This document shows positions 10,723 to 22,621 of a DNA stretch of 64,000 nucleotides, one piece after another. The position numbers were made by a program, and so were the translations under genes. The notes below the pieces were generated by a model. The model did not search any database and had not been told where the DNA came from. It saw only the letters and a program-made list of their open reading frames with translations. The stretch's first letter is position 1. Each line of letters opens with the position of its first letter. Origin of the DNA: Elsinoe ampelina (lineage: Eukaryota); NCBI GenBank assembly GCA_010093995.1, contig ML992512.1:877831-941830 (forward strand). The letters run 5' to 3'.

Positions 10723-13260
10723 ATGGCTATGATCACTCCTTCCTTCGACAGCTCAATCATTCAAACAAACAGATCAGATGGGTATTGGGTTGAGTCCATC
10801 AAGGTTGACAGTCAAGATCGCGTTCCTGGTATCATCTCGTAAGTCCGACCCAAGGACCACTACCTTGATGGCCAACACTGACGTACATCAGCTCCGGTCT
10901 TGTCTCCGGCGTAGTCGAGCTTCTTGACAATCCTTTGGCTACTGGTGGAGGGGACGTCAAGGCTCTCAGTCAGCGTACGTACAGCAGGTTTCTCTTCCTA
11001 TCACGATTGTCTTACTGACTACTGCATAGCATGGCCAAAGTATGAGATTGGTCGCTTCAACTCCCCGGTAGCAATATGTACCGTCGACATTTCTGGCAAT
11101 GGCCTTTGTGATGTGGTCGTCTGCCATTCATACGGTCCGTTCATGCTGCAATGCGATCCTACTGGCGGTTGGATCACTTGGCTCGAGAATCCGGGCCGTG
11201 AGAACTTTGGTAAAGGCCCTTGGAAGCAGAGGACAATCGGAAGATGGCCTGCCATGCACCGCATCAAGCCCGGCTTCTTCACACAGAAGTGAGGTCTAGT
11301 CCGACGTTCAATGCGTCAAGTGCTAACAGTACAGGTCGTACCTCGAGATCGTCGCCGCCTCTGTCGTCAGAGCTCCTCACGACAAGGTCACACCAATCCC
11401 AATCATTCGATTTCAAAGACCAGAGAAGGTCTTGGAAGCGTAAGTACCGCACTCATGAATGAATACCAAATGCTGATAGGATCGATCAGCTTAGAATGGC
11501 ACCGAGACATCATCGACGACGAAAATTTCAGCGTCATTCACGAAGTCACCATTAAGAAGTTCGACGGTCCAGAAGGTCTCGACTCCATGCTCATATCCTC
11601 GCGCGAGGGTGTGAAGCGATTGTTCTACAAGAATCAAAGATGGAACACCGAGGTTATCGGCATTGGAGAACTCAAGGAAGACCGACAAGACCCCTTCGTG
11701 GAGACACCTGGTTCTGGCGATCATTGGGGATCTGGATGCGCAGATGCTGGCAAAGTCGGAAGCGACCCTTTCGCATACGTGGCTACTCTCGACCCATTCC
11801 ACGGCACCTCCGTCTGTGTCTACGTCAAAGACAACCACGGCATGTCTTCCTACCGCTGGAAGAGACATGTCCTCGACGTTTACGGCACGCCCAACCAACG
11901 TCTCAAGACAGGTGATGGCCCTCTACACTTCGTCGTCTGTGCCGACTTTGATGGAGATGGTGATGATGAATTTCTCGTCTCCATGTTCGGACCTCTCGAC
12001 CGCGATGAAGAAGGCAACTCCATTCCTCCTCCCCCTGGACCGCATGTGCTCAAGGGCATCATGTACTACAAGGCGGTTGATGTTCAGCGAGGTATCTTCT
12101 CGAAATGGAAGATCACTCCCGAGTCATCTGCTCGTATCGCAATCGGAGACTTCTCCGGCACTGGTCGTCTAGATCTGGTTAGCATGGGCTACAACGTCAA
12201 GCTTTACTACGAAGAGCCTTCGCCTGTTGTAACGCTTCACTTGAACAACACCATCCCTCCCGCCATCGAGAGACCGCAATCACAGATTGTCACCACTGCC
12301 TGGGATGGTGAGGGTATGACTTACCTCCCGTTACCTACTTCGGACCCAACGGACCCCAAGCGCATCAAGCGATTCCGTCATGCCGAGAAGCTAGACCTCA
12401 TTGATGTAGCAGGCTATCGTGTATCAGTCGAGATCCTCCCCTTCAACAGCACGACTCAGGTTGGCGAGGGACAGGGGATCAAAGTTCTCTACGGCAGCGT
12501 CAACGACGGTCAGAAAGAGCGATCGCCTTTCAGCGTAGCTCCTTTCGCTGCTTCCACCACCAAGGTACAAAGCGGCAGTGTACAAGCCGGACCGGTCGGT
12601 GCCATCCTCCTGCGGTTCGCTCCAGTGCGATCCTTCGATGTTGCTTTCGGCGAGGCTGATGATTATGTCACGGTCGCCAATGTTCCAGTCCGTACATTGA
12701 TCCAACCTGTCAAAGCCGCCTTCCCATCGTTGCAATTCAACAGGGTGGAGGACCTCCCCTGGGGATCAAAATTCAAGGGTGTTGACTTTTGCAATCTCTC
12801 CGGCTTCACATTTTCCTTCTTGGAGACTAAGGACTTCCTCGCTCATCTCCAATTCTGGACTGCCGGTGCCAACGTCAACTGCGGTGTGCACAACCATGCT
12901 GATGAGATGTTTCAAGAACTTCACATTTGCCTTTCTCCAGGCACTGGCGATGGTGGCATGTGGAAGCTCAAGAGTGACGAGATTGTCAAAGATGTCCCGA
13001 ACCTCGACACTCTCACCGACGAGCATTTCGACAAATTACCACTTGCCCGTCTCGACGAACATGGCGGTCTTTGGGAGAGGGATTCGTACGGAAAGGCTTT
13101 CAGAGCGCCAGACCGACGAATCATATACCCTTACCATAAATGGCAAAGTGGAAAGGGTCCTAATCTCGACGTCTGGGCTGCTTTGGAGTTCAACCCCGAC
13201 TTGGTGTATGAGACTGGTCATAGGCCAGGTGGTGGCAATGTCACCCACTTCTGCTGTTAA
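10723..13260 (+). CDS. Aldos-2-ulose dehydratase/isomerase (AUDH): beta-propeller plus cupin domains, about 780 aa
   Basis: Five exons (introns about 10840-10890, 10975-11029, 11289-11334, 11440-11489). Motifs DGYWVE, WLENPG, GRWPAMHR, IHEV, PFHG, HFVVCADFDGDGDDEF, ARIAIGDF, and cupin motifs HNHADEMFQELH, EHGGLW, YPYHKW. Confidence 0.85.
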
Positions 13261-14185
13261 GCGCTTGCTGTTGAGCACTCTCTGGCTGTTAGCCATCCGG
13301 TTTTGAGAATTCCATGTTTCCTCTCATCTATCTCATTGCTGCCAATGTTTTGTAGCTGTGCTTGGCTGCGACTCTCCCGATTTTGCTGAGCCATCTGCAC
13401 CTTCGAGCCTTACCGTCTGGATAGCCGACTGCAAATATCGCTCGTCCTACTAGGGTACGCTTGCGTGTTCGGTGTGGATAGTCGTGCTCGCATAACCTTA
13501 GCGTAACTGCTCTCGAAGCTTTACAACGTCCCGTTCGCACCATGTCACCACAAACTTCACAACGTTCGCTTGAGCTAATAAGCCCCATGGCTGTTAGCCT
13601 GGCCGTTGACAACAACCACGAAGCAGTCACTGGTTCCCAACTGCCAATCTCCACCCTTCGATGATCCGGTTCACCTGTGATTAGATATCATTAGTTTCAT
13701 CTTAATACTGGTATTGGCCGACCGAGGATTTGTTCGAAGACGAATGGCGACGATCACTAGGTGAATCTGAGGCCAATCAATTGCAATACAGCTTTCTCAT
13801 CCGGTGCTCAGGATTTAGGACTAGACTCTTGATCCTACGCGTAGATTTGAGCTGCGTCTGAAGGAGCATGACAAGCGTCGACACGTGTAGAACGAAGCTC
13901 AATGAGGCAAACACCACGATAAGCGACAGGATGCAAAATTTCGATAGCAGATATGGCATGCTTGGCTAGATGATTAGACATGAGACCTTCTCATCGGTTG
14001 CTATCAGGCGGTGTCACCTGGTAGCATGCCCTGTTTGCTCGTCAACGGGCAGTATCGTTAGACTACCTTGGCATGGTGGCCAACACCCAGAACCGACTGC
14101 CAGAGACGCCTTGGATTTTGCCATCGTAGTTAAGATCTTAAGCAGTCAGTGAATATACTGCCACCGACAACGAGTATCGACCATC

Positions 14186-16202
14186 ATGACTGGAACTATC
14201 CTGGGTGACGGTGTCATCGTACACCACGGCTCGTGGTACAATAATGCAGAGGGGCTATGGATCCTCACGCTTACCAATATGGAGGCGAATTACCTTCTCG
14301 CTGCCATTGCTCTGTACATCACCTTCTATTCTCAGGACTTCTGGTATGCAGTCAGATGGGTCCTTCACAGCTTCCGTTACTCGGATCCCAACCCTCAGCA
14401 TGTCATCCATCACCAGCTTCAGGTCGCTCTTCGCAACAGTGGCAATCCTGGATCTTACCTCTACAAATGTATCTTGATCTGGTGGGCTTGGAGGAAAGTA
14501 GTTGCCGCTAGAGCATTGAGGAGATGCGGCCTTGAGATCTTCTACTCTCTCGTCGTATTCGGCGGCTGGATCCTCGCCGGTGTCTTCATTGCTGTCGTCC
14601 TCGAGGAAGTTCCAAAGGATGTGCTCCTTGCGGCTGATCCCACCTGCGGTCTTGAGTACAAGAACTGGACGCTTCAACCTGACGAGCAGCTGTCATGGCT
14701 CAGATACCGCGAGCAGGTCGTGGAATCCCAGATGCCTCGGGTCGACGGATGCTGGTTTGGTAACTGGACCAAGGCTGCCTGCAGTTTCTATCCTGTACCA
14801 AAGTTTGAGCTCGAAAATGAGCCTGCCGAGTGTCCACTGTCGAACCATACGCTCTGCACATCGACACCCATCGAATTCCATGTCGGGCCTGTTCGTTCAG
14901 ACCACGACCTGGGCATCGATACCACACCCGAGGAAGCAGTGGTCTACAACAGAGTCACCACTTGCTCGACCATCAATCTGGAACCTTATGTGACCAATAT
15001 TGTAGTCAATCGTAGTGTGTCCGACAACGACGATATTCCGCTCGGTAGCATCTCCAAGCAATTCGACATTGGTAACCATATCCGCATGGATGGCGAAGAT
15101 CCCATTACCCTGTCTTTGGTCAACAAGTCGTCTCTCTACGGCTACTACATCGAGTGAGTACTATTCCTTGGGCTGACAAAAGCTCGCCGGCTGACCTTCC
15201 AGTTCGTGGCAAGATGGCGATCCAGAATCCAGCATCAACTGGGCACCTCGTGAGGACATCTTCCCGCACGAAGGCAATTGGAATCTCTTCTTCCTCCGTC
15301 AAGTCAGCCTCCGCTACACCAGCTCACTCGACGACGCATTCCTGCGATCCACCAACCCAACCCCTCAACGTGTCGAGGACCCACTGTATTACAAAACCGA
15401 CCTCTTCGCCCCCAACGACCCCTACACCTCCCTCGCCTGCCTCACCCGCCACCAATTCTGCAAAGTCGACAACTCGAGCTGCACCGACTGGATGAAATTC
15501 GAGCACCTGGGCCCGCTGGACCTCAGCCCCGCCACCTTCTCCCCCACCCAAGACATCATCATCCAACGCATCGTCAACCAAACCTCACAATTCGGCCTCG
15601 CCTCGGTCGTCCGCGACCTGGGCTCCCAAGCGCTCTTCGCCTCCCAATCCCTCATCGAAGACATCAACATCGGCTCCTTCTCCGACCGCCAATGGACCAC
15701 CGAAGTCGAGCGCTGGATCGCCTCCACCCTCGCGGTCCTCCAGTACCAGATCACCTTTTTCGTGCGCGGGTTCGAGACACAGGTCAACGGCACCGCGCCG
15801 ATGGTGCAGGGTAGGCCGGAGCTGAAGGCCCTCTGCGGGAGACAGAGAGTCACGCAGACGGGAGTGAACACGAGGAATTTCCACTTTATCGGGGTGTTGG
15901 CTTGTTTCCTCGTTGGTGTCGTGGTGAATGCGATGAGTTTGTTCGGCAGCAAGGTTAATGATTTGGTGCAGAGGTTTAGGACTAGTGAGAGGCCTGGGAA
16001 GGAGTGGAATCAGGATGGGCTGTTTCAGTTGCATAGACGTCATTTGGAGCTCGATGGGGTCGTGGGGTGGGAGGGGTTGGATGACGAGATTCCGGTCGTT
16101 GATGGGGTGGTGGAGAGGAGTACGTGTAAGGAGTTGGGTGGGGAGTCGAGTGGGGTGCAGAGTAAGGAGGGGGTTGTGATGAGGGTGCAGGAGACGGTGT
16201 AA
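14186..16202 (+). CDS. Uncharacterised fungal multi-pass membrane protein with Cys-containing, N-glycosylated luminal domain
   Basis: ORFs 14186-15157 and 15492-16202 joined by an intron at about 15154-15202. N-terminal TMs with HHQLQVALRN, several N-x-S/T sites, C-terminal TM followed by W..DGLFQLHR. Confidence 0.7.
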
Positions 16203-17042
16203 GTGCTGATCGTCGGGGGTGTTTGGTCTGGTGGAGTCTTTCGATTTGCCAGGATTGATGTATGAGTGTCTACATTTCATTTGTCTCCCATGTCATAGGT
16301 TCCAGCATCATGAGATGTCAGCTTTGTTATCACCAGCTCATGCAGTATTGTTGTAGTTGATCTGCAGGAGATGTACTCCTCAAAATACAGGTCGCTTTCT
16401 CCACCAATCAATCATATGTGGGTCTGTTAGCCACTCAGGCTATTGAACACATCCCGTGGGGTCTCCTTGATTGATCAGGTGAATGCATCTCCATATGAGG
16501 CTCATGCTAAAATCAGCTTATGCATGCAAGGCAATATATATGCCGTGTACTGTGTACCCTGTCTCGGGTGTTCATAGCTTGACAGACGCCGTGGCTGCTG
16601 ACTGTACTTGGTCCAATACCGACCTACGACATCTTGCATTGGTATGCATGACCGTATACCCAGATTGCATCTCTCCGTCTCGCCTGACCTCAGATCAGAG
16701 ACGCAATAGGAAAGTACAGTATTATATACGGCGGTCCACACTGACGCCATTCCGCACGGTAGTATGCTTCCCTCGCCTTTGCCTTCACTCTCTGTCCATA
16801 GCTCTTCTTGGATCCTGCTTGGACGCCGCATACCTGCATAGATGAGCATGAAGAGCCTGAGGTCGCTTCAGACTTGCCCATGGAGTAGTTGAGATGTCGA
16901 TCAACTCGATCAAATCTTCCTGCTAGGGGTGCCGCTGGAATGACGAGGTGACAAGACTGAATACATAGGCGTCCTCTTCTCTGTTGATGATTGTATTCTT
17001 TCTGCCAGACTCTCACTTTGCCGTGCTTCGCAGACAAAAACG

Positions 17043-17819
17043 ATGCTCTTCTTCACCCAGCTCTCGACCTTTGTCGCTCTCGCAGCTATTTGCAACGCTG
17101 CCGCGGTAAACACAGGCGTTACCCATTTTCAGAAGAGAGATGAGGCCACTGAAGCATTGGCCGTCGTACAAGGTCTCTTTGACCAGGTTCGCGTAGTTAC
17201 CGCCAATATCAGTGGGTCTTTCGATGTACTTCCGCGACTTTCTCGCTGAGATGTCCCTCCAGATGCCACCCGAGCAGGTCTCAATGCCGACTCGACCATA
17301 TTCGAGAATGCCACCGCCCTGGTCTCCTTTCAGAGCGACATCACGAGTATCACGACTCTTGTCACTGCCGCTACTGTCCAGGTCAACGCTATCAGTGTGC
17401 CAGTCGCCAAACGGTCCTTCACGGGACTATTCGTCCGCCAGGAGCCACCCTCGACAACAGTCATTGATCTGAGCAATCTCCTTGTCACCCTTCTGCTCGA
17501 GGTGGAGAACACCGTGAATCCACTGTTGACCAATTTGGGTCTTGGTATAATAATCTCAAATATAACAATGGAAACGATACTGACCATGTCTCTAGGACCA
17601 TTGGTGGATGCTGTGCTTGTACCATTGGAGCAAGCTATCAATGCACTTGTCGGAGCATTGGGCGAACTCGTAGACGGCTTGATTGCCCTCGTGGTGCAGC
17701 TCCTCGATGCCATTACCTCTGCAGTCGGAGCTATCATCGGGCTCATCTTGGGTGCGCTGCTGGGCTTCCTAGGCATTGGTACACCTCCCGCAGGGACATT
17801 GATCGCCTCGGTGGCTTGA
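17043..17819 (+). CDS. Secreted amphipathic, Leu/Val/Ala-rich helical protein
   Basis: Signal peptide, two KR (Kex2-like) sites, introns about 17212-17261 and 17545-17595, very aliphatic C-terminal half. Confidence 0.7.
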
Positions 17820-18155
17820 TGGCTTGATGGCTGATTACAAGAATGGTTCACGCAAGGCGTAAAGTCTGACAGCGTATTAGATTGGCTCATTGGAGCGTCC
17901 AGTCCTTGTTCCTCGGCATTGTGTAGCTGTAGAATTATGATCACAGAGCCAAATTTGCAATCGATCATAACGAAAGAGCACTTGTTTAACACCGTGCACA
18001 ATGTGTATGCCAAGGAGAAATTGTGATGCTAACGAAAGAAAGAGAAGGCGTCATGGACTTCACTTTGCCGATGCCTGACGTCCCGGTGAAGCTCTGACGA
18101 AAATCTTCAACTCCAACTGCTCTTGATCTTGTCCATCTTCAACACAACCACCACA

Positions 18156-19121
18156 ATGGCTTCGCTGCTTCCCTCGACGCGCTTCTCCGTCGCCAGACCT
18201 CTCCGACAAGTCTTTCAATTATCGTCTCGCCCATCCATACTCCCTCCGACCTTCCTTCTACCCTTTCAGCAGCACCACCGAGATGCTTCTACCAAGTCCA
18301 AAGGCTCGCGCAAAGCAGCAGCTGCCGCTCGCAAGAAGAAAGGCCGCAACACCTTCCTCGTCACCGATCTAAGCAGAGTGCCACAATTTCCATTACTAGA
18401 CGCCATGAGGTGGGCAATTCCGCAATCGCACTCCATCTAGACAAGCGATCCTAACCAATCCAGGTACCTCAAAGCAGCAGAAGTCGGCCGCTCCCCCACA
18501 TCATCCAAATACGAGCTCCACGTACGCCTGCGCACACTCAAGAACGGCCCTGTCGTCCGTAACCGCGTCCGCCTTCCCCACCCTGTCAAGACCGACGTGC
18601 GCATCGCTGTGGTTTGTCCACCCGATACAGCCGCTGCTCAAGGTGCACTCAAAGCCGGCGCAGTGATGGTCGGAGAAGAGACGATCTTTGAGAAAGTGAA
18701 AGCTGGGGAGATCGAGTTCGATCAGCTGATCTGCCACCCGGATTCGTTGCAGAAGTTGCAAAAGCAGGGATTGGGCAGGGTATTGGGTCCGAGAGGGATG
18801 ATGCCTAGTGCGAAGACGAATACTGTGGTCAAGGATGTGGCGGCTGCGGTGAGAGATGTGGCGGGGGCGAGCGAGTACAGGGAGCGGCTTGGGGTGGTGA
18901 GGATGGCGGTGGGTCAGCTGGGATACACACCGGAGGAGTTGCAGAGGAATATAAAGGCGTTTATCGATGCGCTGAAGAAGGACATGGCTGGGTTAGGCGA
19001 TAAGTTCAACAAGGAGATTCATGAGGTGGTATTGAGCAGCACGAATGGGCCTGGGTTGAGCTTGAACGGGGAGCTGAGAGGAGAGAACAGCCCCTCGTCC
19101 AAAGACCTCGCGGTGAACTAA
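18156..19121 (+). CDS. MRPL1: Mitochondrial ribosomal protein uL1m
   Basis: Arg/Ser-rich presequence, RLPHP, LGRVLGPRGMMPS, VLSSTNGPG. Intron about 18409-18463. Confidence 0.92.
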
Positions 19122-19215
19122 AGGCGCATCAGCAAAGACGGGATGCTGGACTCGTCTACTCGTCTATGCATTCTATATCTACAACTACTCTACATGGCAT
19201 CGATGACGGAATCGA

Positions 19216-20527
19216 TCACATCTTGGGCTCGGCGCTTATGAAGCCTTTCTGCACAACAGCAGTGATCAGCTGGTGGGCGATGGCAGTGGAAGGTGGTAGT
19301 CGCAGACCACCTTCTTTGTACTCTGGTCCGGCTTCTTCTCCGATACCACTGGTCCCGACTCTTAGCGCCTCTCTTACTTCGTCGAAGGTATACCACTTTG
19401 CGTCCTCGAGTTCAGGATCGTTTCCGAGATCAATGGTCTCTCCATTCGGCACGCTCTGACCAATGGCTCCGATCATCAGATTGGCTGGGTATGGCCATGG
19501 CTGCGTGGAATGGACGACCACTCTTCCAAGATGGATACCCGCCTCTTCCCAAACTTCGCGACGCACCGCCTCTTCTATACTTTCGGCCGGCTCACAGAAA
19601 CCTGCCAGCGTGCTGTACCAGTGCGGGGGGAAGCGTTTCGATCGACCAAGCAGAATATGTGTGCCAGCGCTGTTCACAACAGCCATGATGACTGTTGGAT
19701 CGGTCCGGGGAAAGGACAGGTTCGAGATGCCTTTCCGTGTGGCGCAGGGTGGACGCTCCGCGCTCGGGGCTTGTGCGTTGGTGGTAGTCGCTCCAACCAG
19801 GCGCTTCGCATCCGCAGGCGGGCAAGTTCGCTTGAACCCTCCGTTTACAGAGAGCGTGGGCTGGCCACATTGCGCGCAGAAAGGATTGCGCAAGTTCCAG
19901 TCCAGCAATTGTCTGGCCTCGGCAAAGATCGCAGCTGTAAATATAGTGTCAGAATATTCACACCCCTGTGTACCACTTCAGCAACATACCGTCTCCTGCC
20001 ACCAAATCCATAACCCTGCCCTTACCCCAGCTTAGACCCCTCCCCTCCACCTCCTTGATCAACTTCTCCGCGGCCTCCTTCACCCCCTCCCTCGGCGTGA
20101 CATCCACCGCAAAGTACGGCGCTCCCTTGTACGTCCCCTTCTTCGGCGTATACGTGACTCCATCCTTCCCCTCATCCAGCCCCAAGAATATCATCTGCGG
20201 CGTGCTCTTCCCGCTATCATACCTCTTGATCAACTCCTCCTCCTCCACAGTGTACACATCCTCACCAATCAACCCCTTGACATCATCAAACTTGACATAC
20301 GCCAGCCGAGTCTTGTCCGACACCAGCGGCGCGAGATCGTTGCAGAGAAGGAAAGACGCGCTGGGGTGGCGGAGAGCGAGGGAGAGGAACTGCGTGTCTC
20401 CTCGTAGGAAACCCACGCGGTTCAAGGGCGAGCCCGAGAAGTAGTTTGCTACTTCGCGGCCGAATTTGCGGGAGAGCATGGAGTCGATTTCCGGGTGGGC
20501 GGGGGCGGGGAGCTCCGGGGGTGGCAT
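19216..20527 (-). CDS. NPY1: NADH pyrophosphatase (Nudix, NudC family)
   Basis: NYFSGSPLNR, zinc ribbon FCAQCG...C...C, FPRTDP, Nudix box GFCEPAESIEEAVRREVWEEAG, QPWPYPANLMIG. One intron at about 19935-19989. Confidence 0.92.
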
Positions 20528-20976
20528 TGCGGTGGTGGTGAGGCGGGAGGGATTATTGGGCGGGATGCATTGGTCGTGTGAGAGGATGGGGAGTGAGGTG
20601 TAGGGAGGTATTGGTGGTGGTCGAGGTGGGTGACAAATCGCGTCGGGAACGATTGAGGGGTGCGGCGGTGATGACGTGCATTTGTGTCGGTATTTGGATT
20701 TGCGACTCTCCCTTCGTTTGTCGTTGATGTTATCATTTCTGCTCGAGTAAATTTCGATATCTTCATGGTTAGATTTATTCTCCCTGCTATCATCGACGGC
20801 ACTATACAGGTATGCCGCATTGATACGACTTGAACTCCGGGATGCCTAGATGACCAACTCCGCGCGGCTGATGGAGTAGTGCCAGATTACCCCAATCCTC
20901 AATGTACAAGTACAGTCATCTTCGCAGTCGCAGTAGGTTCATTCGCTCTTTCTTATACCTCTTCTCTTTCAATAAA

Positions 20977-21722
20977 ATGGCAAGCCCTCCGCCTTTTACC
21001 CTCTCCCGGGTGGACGAGCGTGATTTTGCAGAAATCATCGAGGTCCAGTACAGATCATTCCCCGACCCATGGGTACGCGACGTCTTCGTGGGACCTGACA
21101 CACCTGAGAACAAAGAGAGACTTCGTAAAGAGCATATCCAGAGGAGCAAAGACGAACCGCAAGATTACTGGATCAAGGTGACCGACAAAACGACAGGCAA
21201 GATCATTGCAGCGAGCAATTGGAAGATCAACCCTTCAATTGTCCCAGATCATGACAAGTACGAGCCAACTGAATTCTCTTGGTTACAGAATGATCCGAAA
21301 AAGCTCGAAAAGGCCAGCAATTATATTAGGACCATGATCGAAACGAGGAAGAAGTGTTTCACTGAGCCATACGTTCGTACGTGACCAGACTGCTTCATGT
21401 GAGGAGGATGCTGCTAAAGGCTAGCCAGAACTCTACATGTGCTGTACTGATCCTGCTTACGCCCGAAGAGGAGGTAAGATCCAAGAACATCTACGCGAGA
21501 TGTCGGACTGACCACTTCCTAGCGGGCTCAATGATGTTGAAATGGGGCGTCGACCTGGCAGACCAATTGTTCCTTCCAGCTTGGGTGGAGGCGTCGGAAG
21601 CCGGAAGTATGCTTTATCAAACTCATGGATTTGCTATACACGTCAAGAAGGAAGGTAGCGGGACACTGATGTACAGGCCGGCCAGGCCGAGCACAATTGA
21701 AGGGGGAAAGTCAGCACCGTGA
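20977..21722 (+). CDS. GNAT-family N-acetyltransferase
   Basis: KVTDKTTGKIIAASNW, TDPAYARRG(AG)SMMLKWGVDLAD...WVEASEAGSMLYQTHGF. Two introns between about 21376 and 21521. Confidence 0.8.
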
Positions 21723-22621
21723 GTGGCGGAATATTTGCCGCCCTGATATATCGATCCATTGGCGGTGCGGAGGAGACGATGGGTAGTGGTATCGCACCTT
21801 TGCTATGTCTACAATTTGCCACCCCAGGTCAAGTGCCTTGAGACTGTGAAAAGATGTGCTTGAGGTGGGATGGAATTCGACAGAAATTCTTACACTGAGC
21901 GACGTTAACATATAATATGAATCAATTCGATTAAAGTGGAAGCAAGAGCATTCGATCGGTCCTGCACATATCGTGTCTATGGTCTACACTACCATGGACG
22001 GGAAGAGCAACAGATTTCAGCTCGTCTCACATTTTCCAGCCCGTAGCAGCTGCGAATGAGATACGACTAGTCATGGAAAAGGATTCTCCGACGTTCATGA
22101 TTAGATCTTTAATGAAGAAATCAGTGAACAGCGTCTCGTAACCGCGCGCTTCGGCATCCAGACTCGACAAACCCTTACAGAGACACCCACCGATTCTGCA
22201 CGCACCATTCTTGCCTCAGCAAATGCATGATCAATCCATGGCATTGTTTCAGAATTATCTCGCCTATCAGAGTGCAAGCATAGCCGACCAAGGTCTATTT
22301 GGGGCTGAGCTGCTTTGACGGTGCAACTCTCGACAGTCTCGGTCAGTCACCTCTCATTGCGCCGCAGTAGACCTTGTCTCTCGTGTCTATCTTTGACATG
22401 CTACGCCACTTGCCAAATGAAACGTCCTCGTCGACTGGTACGCCAGGTGTCGACTGTCACTGTGGTCTGGGCAAATGGACATGGCCAAGTGTACGGCGCT
22501 TCTCAGCTCGTGGCACGGCACTGAGACCAGAATTACAAGAAGAATCAGGTAGGTCCACCATGCAGAGCCTTGATTCTTCATCGAACAGTATCCCCCTGGA
22601 CCTCCAAGCGCAACAGCAATC

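Noticed and set aside
19216..19230. C-terminal PKM of Npy1 as a PTS1
   Set aside because: Non-canonical tripeptide. Plausible given peroxisomal Npy1 in yeast, but not supportable from sequence alone.
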